Positions 48,295 to 57,712 of a DNA stretch of 64,000 nt are shown one piece after another. A model generated the notes under the pieces. It worked only from the letters and a program-made list of their open reading frames with translations. It did not search any database and was not told the DNA's origin. This stretch comes from Methanothrix sp. Lineage in GTDB: Archaea; Halobacteriota; Methanosarcinia; Methanotrichales; Methanotrichaceae. The translations under genes and the position numbers were made by a program. The first letter of the stretch is position 1; every line of letters starts with the position of its first letter. The DNA lies in contig NZ_JADJJX010000001.1 in assembly GCF_016706325.1 (NCBI RefSeq), forward strand, positions 1,072,899-1,136,898. The letters are read 5' to 3'.

Positions 48295-48863
48295 TCATAG
48301 TGGGGGTGGGAATCGGCCCGGGGATGATGACCCAGGAGGCCGGAGAGGCCATCCGACGGGCGAATCTGATCTATGGATCGAGGAGAGCGATAGATCTTGC
48401 CTGTGAGCACATAAGCCCCGGCAGCCGGGTGATGGAGATAGAGGACTACAAGAGCCTCTTCACTCTGCCTGAGGATGCTGTGGTCCTGAGCACCGGGGAT
48501 CCCATGCTCTCCGGCCTGGGCTACCTGCCGGGGAGGGTGATACCCGGGATCTCCAGTCTGCAGGTGGCCTGCGCCCGGCTGAAGATCAGCGAGCTGAATG
48601 TGACTCCCATCACCGTCCACGGCCGGAGAATGGATCCGGAGGCCATAGCCGGAGAGCTTGGCCGGAACAGATCCGTCTTCCTGCTCATCGATGAGCATAC
48701 CGATCTGGAGGGCCTCTGCCAGCACCTGGAGGAGAAGGGGCTGAGAAAGAGTGTGGTCGCTCTCACCGATCTCGGCTATCCCCAGGAGAGGATCGAGAAA
48801 GGGAGCACTGCATCCCCTCCCCGTGCCCCCGGCCTCTCCTGTCTCTTCATCGGCCAGCTCTGA
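48291..48863 (+). CDS. cbiE: cobalt-precorrin-7 C5-methyltransferase CbiE
   Basis: MIIVGVGIGPGMMTQEAGEAIRRANLIYGSRRAI and STGDPMLSG motifs. 190 aa. Confidence 0.75.
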   Translation: MIIVGVGIGPGMMTQEAGEAIRRANLIYGSRRAIDLACEHISPGSRVMEIEDYKSLFTLPEDAVVLSTGDPMLSGLGYLPGRVIPGISSLQVACARLKISELNVTPITVHGRRMDPEAIAGELGRNRSVFLLIDEHTDLEGLCQHLEEKGLRKSVVALTDLGYPQERIEKGSTASPPRAPGLSCLFIGQL

Positions 48864-48901
48864 GCGATAGGGCTTTCCATCTGAGCGATAGGGCTTTCCA
48901 T
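48860..48901. repeat. perfect 21-bp tandem duplication (ctgagcgatagggctttccat x2)
   Basis: Read directly from the sequence. It overlaps the cbiE stop codon, in the convergent intergenic spacer. Confidence 0.9.
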
Positions 48902-48914
48902 ATGCGTATCCTCT

Positions 48915-50039
48915 TCAGGGATGACAGCTCTTGCAGGGAAGGTAGCCCTGGCTCTCTGCCTCCTCAGCGCTCAGGAAGGTGATCTTATTCTCCGGTTTGA
49001 TCTTCTGGGCAAAGCGGCAGCCGGGCAGATGGTACTTCTTTGAGCTCTTGCTCCCCACGAACTGCCCTACTGGCTCCTCTTCTGCCCTTTCTGAGGACAT
49101 ATCCGGACCGGCTGCAGAGATGACCGTCCCTGGCTGGTTATATTCTCTGCCGGGCCAGTCGGCATAATCGGCAGCATCATCATCGATGTCAGGAGCCTTG
49201 CTATCCGCTTTTAGCTCCTTCTCCAATTGAGCTCCTCCTCGCCTGGCCCCCGTCTCAGCCTTCGATTCATCCGCCTCCTCTCGCTTCTCTTCACTCCCGG
49301 AGGCCTGAAGCTTGGGGGATGGAGATGAGGCTTGAGCATCCTTTGCCTGCCCTCTCTCCTTTCCGCTCCTCTCCTCGCTCCCCGCATCCTCTCTCTTCTC
49401 TCTCTCATACCTCTCCTCTTTGGATGGGCTCTCCCTTTGGATTGACCTTTCAATCTCTTCATATTCATTTGAAGGCCGGCCAGAATAGAGGGTGTGGGCA
49501 GTAGAGGGTGATATCGAAACCCCTGAAGGATTCTTGGGGGAGATCAAATCCATCCTATCCCCTTCCAGGCTACATTTCCTGCTCTCGCTGGCGAGGAGGC
49601 CAGAGGGACCCGATGCCTCCAGGGTGCAGATGTACTCCCCAGGCAGCAGCCTGATGTTCTTGGCGATCTCGAAGCTGTAATCCCGGTTCGGCTCAAGATT
49701 CAGCAGCAGGTACTTAGTGCTGACCACTGAGCTCCTCTTTTGGCGGAGGGTGGTATTGCTGGCAGCAGCATTGCTGATGGTAGCATTGCGGAGGGTGGCA
49801 TTGAGCAGAAGGTAAGGAAGGGTGCTATTGCTGGCCAGAGCGGCATCTCCGCGCAGGCTGAACAGATCACCCCTCAGCTCGGGATCGATCTCCATTCTCA
49901 GCTGGCCCGACCACTCTGCCGGCTGCAGATCGGGGACGCTGGCGGATGAGCTATGAAGGGACTGGGAACTCAGATCGATGCAGCCGGTGATGAGGGAGAG
50001 TGCCAGGATAAGCGGAATCAACTGCAGAACGCCACACAT
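48915..50039 (-). CDS. putative lipoprotein with a charged low-complexity linker and C-terminal Ada-type zinc-binding motif
   Basis: Lipobox LSLITGC near the N-terminus and an E/K/R-rich middle. The C-terminus KKYHLPGCRFAQKI...YLPCKSCHP resembles the Ada metal-binding domain. The track ORF starts at a TTG at 50060. Confidence 0.6.
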   Translation of the reverse strand: MCGVLQLIPLILALSLITGCIDLSSQSLHSSSASVPDLQPAEWSGQLRMEIDPELRGDLFSLRGDAALASNSTLPYLLLNATLRNATISNAAASNTTLRQKRSSVVSTKYLLLNLEPNRDYSFEIAKNIRLLPGEYICTLEASGPSGLLASESRKCSLEGDRMDLISPKNPSGVSISPSTAHTLYSGRPSNEYEEIERSIQRESPSKEERYEREKREDAGSEERSGKERGQAKDAQASSPSPKLQASGSEEKREEADESKAETGARRGGAQLEKELKADSKAPDIDDDAADYADWPGREYNQPGTVISAAGPDMSSERAEEEPVGQFVGSKSSKKYHLPGCRFAQKIKPENKITFLSAEEAESQGYLPCKSCHP

Positions 50040-50074
50040 TCTAAAAATCTTTATATCCAATTGATCAACCCCTT

Positions 50075-50096
50075 GATTTCCAGTGGAAAACGAAAT
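50075..50096 (+). promoter_or_regulatory. isolated full ORB-like element (gatttccagtggaaaacgaaat)
   Basis: Contains TTCCAGTGGAAA plus CGAAA. It shares extended sequence with the orc1-proximal ORB at 37198. It lies in the 98-bp spacer upstream of the lipoprotein gene. Confidence 0.5.
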
Positions 50097-50158
50097 CCCT
50101 GGAGCTGCTCTCTATGACAGATGTCACTCCGGGCGCAGGAAGGGGTGAGCCCGGGCGC

Positions 50159-50680
50159 TCACAATAACCGGAGCACACTCAGCAATCCTTCTGCGCAGTC
50201 CAGCAGCTTCTTGAGCCGATCCAGATCGCCCTCCGACCCGATTGCCCCGGAGATCTCATTCAGCCGCGCGATCAATGATGTGCGCAGCAGATCTTTGGCC
50301 TCTGCAACCTCCTTATCCATTCTCTCTTCAGCAATTGCAGCCGCCCTCACAGACCCGTCCGCCCTCTCTGGCGAACCCATCCCCCCGGATGCCTCTGCTC
50401 TCTTTGCCTCCAGAGGACCGCCCCCTCTGCTTTTTTCAGCCGCAGGCGGCCTGTGCATGGGGGCTGGTATATCCTCCCCTGAGGCCGAAAGATCGGACTT
50501 CTCCCCTGCTTCCGGGCTGAGCTCACCTGCAGATGGCCTATCTGGAAATGAGCAAACCGGGCATACTATCTCTCCTTGACAGCGAAATAGAGGCGCGCCG
50601 CAGTCATGATGTGTGGCCAGCATTGTACATCCCCTCTCAAGGAGCCGGGTTATCTTGCTGAGAATCTCATCCTCGTCCAT
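50159..50680 (-). CDS. UPF0148 (autoantigen p27/SSSCA1-like) zinc-ribbon protein
   Basis: ILSKITRLLERGCTMLATHHDCGAPLFRCQGEIVCPVC N-terminus, then a low-complexity region and a helical tail. Confidence 0.65.
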   Translation of the reverse strand: MDEDEILSKITRLLERGCTMLATHHDCGAPLFRCQGEIVCPVCSFPDRPSAGELSPEAGEKSDLSASGEDIPAPMHRPPAAEKSRGGGPLEAKRAEASGGMGSPERADGSVRAAAIAEERMDKEVAEAKDLLRTSLIARLNEISGAIGSEGDLDRLKKLLDCAEGLLSVLRLL

Positions 50681-50790
50681 CGGTCATCACCTGTACAACC
50701 ACATACGTTTAAATACAACGATATATCATCCTTGAGTTGAAGTCAGATAAACATCATAACCTTTTTCCCATAGATATGGGTGGTGGTCAT

Positions 50791-51051
50791 ATGACAGCTG
50801 AAAATGTCCTTAAGCAATGTGTTGAGGTATTAGAGCGTATAATGAGCGATGATGCCGTCCCGAGAAATATCCGCCGCTCTGCAGAGAACGTAAAGAGCAT
50901 TCTCATGGATGAGGGTGTGAGCGAGGCGATAAAAGCAGCATCTGCTATTTCCATACTTGATGAGATAAGCAACGATCCCAATATTCCACTTCATACCAGA
51001 ACCCTGATCTGGAATGTTGCCAGCCAGCTTGAGACCATACCCGTAACTTGA
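50791..51051 (+). CDS. UPF0147 family protein
   Basis: [19 protein letters not shown]...[20 protein letters not shown] matches UPF0147 from memory. The ATG at 50791 is preceded by ggtggtgg. Confidence 0.65.
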   Translation: MTAENVLKQCVEVLERIMSDDAVPRNIRRSAENVKSILMDEGVSEAIKAASAISILDEISNDPNIPLHTRTLIWNVASQLETIPVT

Positions 51052-51348
51052 ATCCCTCTTTTACCAGTTTCAGGTAATATGCTCAAATATGTTTAAATAA
51101 AAAAAAATAGTGATAATCAGGAGTGATGCACAGGCTGACTGCTTACAGGCTGACTGCTTATATCTCTGGCAAGCTGCAAAGAGAGCGACCGCCTGGCGGA
51201 TGGTCTCCATTGCCGGGGTGATCTCCATTGCCTGGGACTTTGTCCCTCCCGGTCAAGCCCGGAGGCCCGATAGTGGCCGGATCAAGGTGGATGCTGATGT
51301 CATGGCAGCTGAAGGCAAGAACAGAAGTCTGATGGGGGAGATAACCCT

Positions 51349-52362
51349 TCAAAGGATTATCTCTATGTCCAGCTCCTCTGCCAGCTCTTTGTAGCGGTTC
51401 CTGATGGTGACCTCTGTGACTCCCGCCACATCTGCCACCTCGCGCTGTGTGCGCCGGTCCCCGCAGAGGATGGAGGCGATGTAAATCGCTGCTGCGGCCA
51501 CGCCCGTGGGCCCGCGCCCGCTGGTGAGCTCTTTTTCTGCTGCCTGACGGAGGATCTCAATTCCCTTTGCCTGCACCTCGCCCTTCAGATTCAGGCCAGA
51601 GCAGAAGCGGGGAATATAGTCGATGGGGCTGGTGGGCATGAGCTTCAAGGCCAGCTCTCGGGATACAAAGCGGTATGTTCTGCCGATCTCTTTTCTCGAT
51701 ACCCTGGAAACCTCTGCTATCTCATCCAGGGTGCGGGGTACATTGCACTGTCTGCAGGCGGCATAGAGCGCCGCTGCGGCCACGCCCTCAATGCTCCGTC
51801 CCCGGATCAGGTTCTTGTCCACAGCCTTGCGGTATACGACCGCCGCCGTCTCCCGTACATTTCTGGACAGGCCAAGGGCTGATGCCATCCTGTCCAGCTC
51901 AGACAGGGCAAAGGCCAAGTTGCGCTCGGTGGCATTGCTGACCCGGATTCGCCTCTGCCATTTCCTCAAACGGTAGAGCTGAGCCCTGTTCTTGGAGGAT
52001 ATCGTCTTGCCATATGAGTCCCTGTTCCTCCAGTCTATCATGGTGGAGAGCCCTTTATCATGGATGGTATATGTCATGGGTGCTCCAACCCTCGACCTCT
52101 TCATGCGCTGATCATGGTCGAAGGCTCTCCATTCCGGCCCTTGATCTATGAAGTTCTCATCGATCACCAGGCCGCAGTCGGAGCAAACCAGTTCTGCCCG
52201 TTCATAGTCCCGTACCAGGGTGTGGCTCTTGCACTCCGGGCACTCGACTGTGAACTTCTCAAACTCGTCTACCTTCTCTTTCTCGCGTCTGAGCCGGGTA
52301 CGCTCCTTGAGCTTCTCCGGTCCCGCCCTCTCTATCTCTCTCAGCTTTTCTATTTCTTCCAC
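51349..52362 (-). CDS. tfb: transcription initiation factor TFB
   Basis: N-terminal zinc ribbon [24 protein letters not shown] plus two cyclin-like repeats. 337 aa. Confidence 0.9.
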   Translation of the reverse strand: MEEIEKLREIERAGPEKLKERTRLRREKEKVDEFEKFTVECPECKSHTLVRDYERAELVCSDCGLVIDENFIDQGPEWRAFDHDQRMKRSRVGAPMTYTIHDKGLSTMIDWRNRDSYGKTISSKNRAQLYRLRKWQRRIRVSNATERNLAFALSELDRMASALGLSRNVRETAAVVYRKAVDKNLIRGRSIEGVAAAALYAACRQCNVPRTLDEIAEVSRVSRKEIGRTYRFVSRELALKLMPTSPIDYIPRFCSGLNLKGEVQAKGIEILRQAAEKELTSGRGPTGVAAAAIYIASILCGDRRTQREVADVAGVTEVTIRNRYKELAEELDIEIIL

Positions 52363-52625
52363 TTACGATCTCTCCCCGGCGCCTCATCGATATAGAGCTT
52401 CTTTCCGATGTGGGCAGCGGCGTCCATTCCTTTATTTGGCAGAACGATTATGTACGGACGGTTGACGGGGCCGAATATATCGAAAACCTTTCCGACCCTG
52501 GTCCTCTTCTGGTCCACCACCCAGGAGCTCCCCCTGGGAATGCCGGCCCCTCTTCCAACGATCTCTTCGCTCTGCACAATCAATTTATTCTGTACGACAT
52601 GAAGCGCGGTGCCTAGTCTCTTCAA
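52350..52625 (-). CDS. gar1: H/ACA RNP protein Gar1
   Basis: TTG start. [18 protein letters not shown] motif. 91 aa. Overlaps the tfb start. Confidence 0.8.
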   Translation of the reverse strand: MKRLGTALHVVQNKLIVQSEEIVGRGAGIPRGSSWVVDQKRTRVGKVFDIFGPVNRPYIIVLPNKGMDAAAHIGKKLYIDEAPGRDRKWKK

Positions 52626-52672
52626 AAGGCCACCTCATCTATATAGATAAAGAGGTACTATTTAAGCCTTCC

Positions 52673-52688
52673 GAAAACCATTTATCAA
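52673..52688 (+). promoter_or_regulatory. BRE/TATA-like promoter element (cgaaaaccatttatca)
   Basis: Same 14-mer as at 31898. It lies about 95 nt upstream of the nog1 ATG, in a divergent spacer. Confidence 0.35.
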
Positions 52689-52779
52689 ATGAACTCAGCC
52701 GCCGCTCCGGTGCACAGCTCTGCGAATACAGAAGAGCCAGACCGAAGCTTTATCTGTTAATGCCGGCAATTCTCCTCTG

Positions 52780-53724
52780 ATGTTTGAGCAGCTTCCAACC
52801 ATTCCCACATCGCAGGAGCTACTGGACAGGTCATTCCGGCGCGCCTCCCGCGCCGCTGAGGATGGGTCCATGGTCCAGAATGCCGGCAATATCCTCTCAG
52901 ACAATCTCTCCAATCTGATCCGCAGGTTCCCCTCCTTCGAGAGGCTTCCTCCATTTTACAGAGAGATGGTGGAGATAACAGTGGGCATAGACAGGATCAG
53001 AATCAGCCTATCCCGCCTGCGCTGGGCCTCCATGCAGATAAGGCAGATAACCAGGGAGTATGTGGGCAGGATCAAGAGGACGGGGGGGGCGGAGAGCGCC
53101 CCCCTTAGAAGGTCGGCCTTCGGGCGCTTCTCCTCCATTATGAGATCGATTGATAGGGACCTCCTCTTCCTTAATGAGGCCCGGAATCTGCTTCGCAAGA
53201 TGCCGAGCATCGATCCGGAGAAGCCCACCATTCTCATCGCCGGCTATCCCAATGTGGGCAAATCAAGCTTCATCATCAGCATCACTGGAGCCAGGCCAGA
53301 GGTGGCAAGCTATCCCTTTACCACCCGGGGGATAGTAGTGGGCCATCTGCTCAGAGGCGATAAGAGGTATCAGGTGGTGGACACCCCTGGGTTGCTCGAC
53401 CGGCCCATGGGGGAGAGAAATGAGATCGAGAGGCAGGCTGTGGCCGCTCTCAGCCATCTGCAGGGGGTGGTGCTGTTCATACTGGACCCAAGCGAGCACT
53501 GCGGCTATCCCCTGGACTCGCAGCTTCGACTGGCTGAGGACCTATCCGGCTGGATCACCCTGCCCATGCTGATGGTTGCCAATAAGGTCGATATCAAGAG
53601 GTACAGCGATCTGGCAGAGATGTCCACTGAGACGGGAGAGGGCGTCTTGGAGGTGATGGAGAGGCTGATCGAGCTGCTGGAGGGCCAGGGCGACGGATCC
53701 ACCAGCAGTCTGGCTGAAGCATAA
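52780..53724 (+). CDS. NOG1-family GTPase
   Basis: G1 motif GYPNVGKSSF and G3 motif VVDTPGLLDRP. N-terminus MFEQLPTIPTSQELLD. 314 aa. Confidence 0.8.
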   Translation: MFEQLPTIPTSQELLDRSFRRASRAAEDGSMVQNAGNILSDNLSNLIRRFPSFERLPPFYREMVEITVGIDRIRISLSRLRWASMQIRQITREYVGRIKRTGGAESAPLRRSAFGRFSSIMRSIDRDLLFLNEARNLLRKMPSIDPEKPTILIAGYPNVGKSSFIISITGARPEVASYPFTTRGIVVGHLLRGDKRYQVVDTPGLLDRPMGERNEIERQAVAALSHLQGVVLFILDPSEHCGYPLDSQLRLAEDLSGWITLPMLMVANKVDIKRYSDLAEMSTETGEGVLEVMERLIELLEGQGDGSTSSLAEA

Positions 53725-53732
53725 GGCGGCGA

Positions 53733-54362
53733 TCATCTCTGACATCTCTCCGCCACCGTCTTCAGAGGGCCTGATCGCTGCGGGTGATCCTCAGCAGTGA
53801 TCCTCAGCACCATGAGCCTCTCAAAGAAGCATCCCTTGCTGGCCACCAGCTCAGCGACGAGCTCAGCGTCCCTCGCCATCCCCTCTACCTCCTCAGGCCC
53901 GGTCAGGCTGGATATGAGCAGCAGCGCCCTTCCCCCTGGGCGGAGATGATCGGCCAAATCGAGCAGGAACCGGCCTATGGTCTCCCGGCCGCTTGCCCCT
54001 CCGTCCAGGGCATAGTTGATCCATTGATCGCCTCTCTCCTCCGGTTCAGTGGGAAGGTAGGGGGGGTTGAATACGATCAGGTCGAATCTCCCTCTTATCC
54101 CCCGGAAGAGGTCCGCCCTCACCACCTCTACCCCCCTCTCCCTGGCCGCCCTGGTGGCATGAGGATTTATGTCCAGGGCGGTGATGCTCTTCACCCTGCC
54201 GGCCAGCTCCTGGGAAACAAGTCCCGAGCCGCATCCGACCTCAAGCACATGATCCTCCGGGCGGGCCTCTCTTATGGCCGCCTCTAGGAGGAGAAATGTA
54301 TCTTCATCAGGAGGATAAACCTCCTCGGATTGAAATCTTGGATTGATGAGATCAGCCTCCAA
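53733..54362 (-). CDS. HemK-related / Mtq2-type glutamine-N5 methyltransferase
   Basis: VLEVGCGSGLVS SAM motif and FNPPYLP. A TTG at 54362 gives the family-typical N-terminus (L)EADLINPRFQSEEVYPPDEDTFLL. The track ORF extends to 54467, overlapping the upstream gene. Confidence 0.75.
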   Translation of the reverse strand: MEADLINPRFQSEEVYPPDEDTFLLLEAAIREARPEDHVLEVGCGSGLVSQELAGRVKSITALDINPHATRAARERGVEVVRADLFRGIRGRFDLIVFNPPYLPTEPEERGDQWINYALDGGASGRETIGRFLLDLADHLRPGGRALLLISSLTGPEEVEGMARDAELVAELVASKGCFFERLMVLRITAEDHPQRSGPLKTVAERCQR

Positions 54363-54417
54363 AGGAGCTTGCTTTGAGGGGTCTGTAGCAGCGGGAATAG
54401 ATGATCCTCTCCTTCTC

Positions 54418-55203
54418 TCAGCTCTGGCGGCACCTGTACAGGCCGTCCACAAAGGAGCAGATATCACTCAGGACACGGGGATCATTCAGCCAAACCCCCG
54501 CCTCGTAGTTCTCATCGATCCCTCCCTGAGAGAGATTGGCAGAGGTCACTATTGCCTCCTTTCTGTCGATCATATAGATCTTGGCATGGAGCGGATGGAC
54601 GAAGAACAGCTCTCCCTCCAGCCTTCTGACTTCATCCTGGATATCATCGCTCATTCCCGAGCTGAAATCCGATTCCCGCCCTCTCATGAACACCACCAGC
54701 CTCCCTCCCCGGCGGGAGAAGTTCTGCAATGGAGGAGCAATCCGGTTCCAGGTCTGCCTCTTTATCCAGGGGGAGACGACCACCACCTCGAAGCTGGCCT
54801 CCTCCAGCATCTGGCAGAGCCGGTCCTCGATGGAGTGGAGGCGAAGGGGGGAGAAGGTGCCCAGGAATAGGGCAGAGGGATCGTTCCCCTGGCGGGCTAG
54901 ATAGCTCTCCAGGTACTGCAGCCTCTCTGCCGATTCGTACTCCTCCGACCTCTTCGCCCTCTTGAGCTCCTCTGTCAGATCCAGGTTGCGGCTCTTATGC
55001 TTGAGCATCTGTCCGTATCTCCTCTGGAGCTGGTCCAGATGGATCTCCTTTTCTCGAAGCTGGCCCTGCAGCCTTTGCAGATCCATCTGGACCTGGCGGT
55101 AGCCTGCTAGCAGCCTTTTATTGCGGCCGGCCTCCAGCTGGATGATGCTGAGAGATATAACTGCTACAGCCAGGAAGGCCAGCCCGATCCAGTACCCTTC
55201 CAT
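54418..55203 (-). CDS. membrane-anchored single-HKD phospholipase D/nuclease-family protein
   Basis: N-terminal TM segment (WIGLAFLAVAVISLSII), a coiled-coil-like segment of about 90 aa, and the HKD motif HAKIYMIDRKEAIVTSANLS. Confidence 0.75.
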   Translation of the reverse strand: MEGYWIGLAFLAVAVISLSIIQLEAGRNKRLLAGYRQVQMDLQRLQGQLREKEIHLDQLQRRYGQMLKHKSRNLDLTEELKRAKRSEEYESAERLQYLESYLARQGNDPSALFLGTFSPLRLHSIEDRLCQMLEEASFEVVVVSPWIKRQTWNRIAPPLQNFSRRGGRLVVFMRGRESDFSSGMSDDIQDEVRRLEGELFFVHPLHAKIYMIDRKEAIVTSANLSQGGIDENYEAGVWLNDPRVLSDICSFVDGLYRCRQS

Positions 55204-55491
55204 TGCTGCAATACCCCTGAAGCAGTTATCATTATGAAGTTATATATAGATAGCGTTATCAATATATGCACCGGACTACTGGAAGGCATAGCAAGCCTCA
55301 GATGAAGATCATGGCTTATAATGACCTTAATTAATATAGCAAGTCTGAATAAAAAATTTGGCTCCCTGCCCTCTCCTGGGGGCGAGGCTGGGATACCATT
55401 TTCATCTTCCCCTCCCTGCCTTTGTGCCTCTTGTGGTGAGATCGGCATGCTTGGGCCTTGTCGCAGAGGCCCTAAAGGCATGAAGGGAGAT

Positions 55492-57159
55492 TCAGAACAT
55501 CCCGGGGGGCATCCCTCCCATCCCCATCCCGGGCATTCCGCCCATTCCCGGAGGCATGCCTCCCGGGCCGCTGGGCCGGGCAGGGGGCTCTTTGGTGGAG
55601 GCCAGAACATCATCGATTCGCAGGATCAGGCAAGCAGCATCTGTGGCTGAGAGGATGGCCTGAACCTTGACTCTGAGGGGCTCGACCACTCCCAGCTCAT
55701 ACATATCAACCGCCTCTCCAGTATAGCCATCCAGTCCAATGTTCTTATTGCTGGAGTGCCTGCTCTTCAGCTCAGCCACCTTATCGATGGCATCAAAGCC
55801 CGCGTTCTCTGCCAGCGCCTTGGGGACGATCTCCATCGCCTCGGCGAACTTGGTGACTGCCAGCTGCTCCCTGCCCTTCAGTGTGGCGGCATACTCCCGC
55901 AGGCGCAATGCTATCTCTATCTCCGGGGCTCCACCTCCTGCCACCACCTTCCCGTCCTCCACCACATCCGCCACTGCATGCAGAGCATCATCAAGGGACC
56001 TCTCCAGGCCGTCTAAGACCTGCTGGGTTCCTCCCCGGAGGAGGAGGGTGGCAGTCTGGTTCTTGGTGCCGGTGACGAAGGTCATGATCCCACTTCCCAC
56101 TCTCCTCTCCTCCACCAGTGCGGCCTCGCCCAGGTCAGAGGGCTTCAGCTCATCCAGGCTGGTGACGATGCTCGCCCCGGTGGCCCGGGCGAGCCTGTCC
56201 AGATCCTTCTTGATCACCCTTCTCAGGGCGAGCACTCCCGCGCGGGCCAGGTAATGCTGGGCCAGGTCATCGATGCCCTTCTGGCAGAAGACCACATTTG
56301 CCCCGCTGGCGATCACCTTATCGGCCGCCTCCTTGATCCTCTTCTTCTCATGCTCCATGAACTTCTGAAACTGATCAGAGGAGGTGATCTGTACCTCTGT
56401 CTTGGTCTCAGTATCCTTGGACTCTATGGGGCAGGAGAGCAGGGCCACCCTGGCATCTGTGACCTTGCGGGGCATATTCTGGTGAACTATCTCCTTGTCG
56501 ATCACCACTCCCTCGATGATCTCTGATTCAGCAGTGCTCTCCCCCACCTTCTTCTCCACATTGACCCGGTCCATATCGAAGACCCTTCTCTCGCCATAAT
56601 TCTCCATGGCATTGAGGACCAGATCGACGGCATAGCTGGCCATCCTGCTGTCCGGAGATTCGGCCAGCTTCCCAGTCATGGCGGTTTTAGCTACCCTCTC
56701 CAGCAGAGGACGATCGGACTCCTGGGCATCTGAGGCGATGGATTTTGCTATCTCCACTGCTTTGTCTGCTGCTATTCTGTAGCCCTTGACGATCATTGTG
56801 GGATGGACCTTCTGGTCCAAGAGCATCTCCGCCCTCTTGAGAAGCTCCCCGGCCAGCACTGCCACGGTGGTGGTGCCATCGCCCACCTCTTTGTCCTGCG
56901 TCTTGGCGGCCTCGATGAGCATCTTAGCAGCAGGATGCTGAACATCCATCTCCTTGAGGATGGTCACACCATCATTGGTGATGGTGACATCACCGATGGG
57001 GTCCACCAGCAGCTTGTCCATGCCCTTGGGGCCCATGGAGCTGCGCACAGCATTGGCCACTGCGCGGGCAGCCATGATATTATTCAAGATGGCTTCCGTT
57101 CCCGTCTCTCTGCGGGTATCTCTTAAAATGATAACTGGTGTTCCACCCATTCCTGCCAT
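55492..57159 (-). CDS. ths: thermosome subunit (group II chaperonin)
   Basis: [11 protein letters not shown] and ITNDGVTIL motifs with a C-terminal [10 protein letters not shown] tail. The likely start is MAGMGG at 57159, preceded by GGAGGA. The track ORF extends to 57291. Confidence 0.9.
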   Translation of the reverse strand: MAGMGGTPVIILRDTRRETGTEAILNNIMAARAVANAVRSSMGPKGMDKLLVDPIGDVTITNDGVTILKEMDVQHPAAKMLIEAAKTQDKEVGDGTTTVAVLAGELLKRAEMLLDQKVHPTMIVKGYRIAADKAVEIAKSIASDAQESDRPLLERVAKTAMTGKLAESPDSRMASYAVDLVLNAMENYGERRVFDMDRVNVEKKVGESTAESEIIEGVVIDKEIVHQNMPRKVTDARVALLSCPIESKDTETKTEVQITSSDQFQKFMEHEKKRIKEAADKVIASGANVVFCQKGIDDLAQHYLARAGVLALRRVIKKDLDRLARATGASIVTSLDELKPSDLGEAALVEERRVGSGIMTFVTGTKNQTATLLLRGGTQQVLDGLERSLDDALHAVADVVEDGKVVAGGGAPEIEIALRLREYAATLKGREQLAVTKFAEAMEIVPKALAENAGFDAIDKVAELKSRHSSNKNIGLDGYTGEAVDMYELGVVEPLRVKVQAILSATDAACLILRIDDVLASTKEPPARPSGPGGMPPGMGGMPGMGMGGMPPGMF

Positions 57160-57219
57160 GTATAATAATCCTCCAGCAAATGATTCTCCTGGTCTCTCGT
57201 TAAGCAGTATTTGCTCTTC

Positions 57220-57227
57220 TATAAAAC
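57220..57227 (-). promoter_or_regulatory. putative TATA box for the thermosome gene
   Basis: The minus strand reads gaaaaggTTTTATAgaag about 60 nt upstream of the ATG at 57159. Confidence 0.35.
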
Positions 57228-57344
57228 CTTTTCCTGTGGATGAGGCTTCACGTGGCTGTTCTGCTCCCCCGGGCGGCCTCTCTGCCAGCAACTATAAGTA
57301 GTTGAAGATCATGCAAAATTACTAACCGTATTGAGGAATAAACA

Positions 57345-57539
57345 ATGGTAACTGGAACAGTCAAGTTTTTCAATCGCGTCAAGAGCTTCGGATTCATAGC
57401 TGGTGACGATGGCAAGGATTATTTCGTTCATGTGACTGGCTTGAAGCCCGGCGTCGCAATCGATGAGGGTGACAAGGTCAGCTTCGATGTCATTGAGGGC
57501 GAGAAGGGCCCCAAGGCCGATAAGGTAGAGAAGGTTTAG
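57345..57539 (+). CDS. csp: cold-shock domain protein (CspA family)
   Basis: MVTGTVKFFNRVKSFGFIAGDDGKDYFVHV carries the RNP1 (KSFGFI) and RNP2 (DYFVH) motifs. 64 aa. Confidence 0.9.
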   Translation: MVTGTVKFFNRVKSFGFIAGDDGKDYFVHVTGLKPGVAIDEGDKVSFDVIEGEKGPKADKVEKV

Positions 57540-57565
57540 AAAGATTATAAACGGAATGCTCATAT

Positions 57566-57613
57566 GCAATAGCGAGGCGGATTGTCCTCCTATTGCCATG
57601 CTCTATTTTATTG
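57566..57613 (+). terminator. hairpin plus T-rich tract downstream of csp
   Basis: gcaatag-cgaggcggattgtcctc-ctattgc (7-bp outer stem plus inner GAGG/CCTC) is followed by ctctattttattg. Confidence 0.45.
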
Positions 57614-57712
57614 TGGACTGAATCTAGCCCCGGGCCGAGATCTGGCCTACCTCAGCCGCCTCTTGATTCCACTGATCTGAGAGATCATTCCCCCCTTCAG
57701 CCGCTGCCTTGA

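Noticed and set aside
51110-51394. 94-aa plus-strand ORF (and the 64-aa minus ORF 51158..51352) in the tfb 3' spacer
   Set aside because: Both are generated by the short tandem duplications. Neither has an RBS or homology, and the composition is not protein-like.
53733-55203. An NPPY methyltransferase next to a PLD-family nuclease-like gene as a possible restriction-modification pair
   Set aside because: The methyltransferase is about 210 aa with the HemK/Mtq2 layout (release-factor glutamine methylase) and has no DNA target-recognition domain. The PLD protein is membrane-anchored. The adjacency is better explained as coincidence.
57309-57599. 96-aa minus-strand ORF
   Set aside because: It is antisense to the clearly conserved csp gene and extends through that gene's terminator hairpin.
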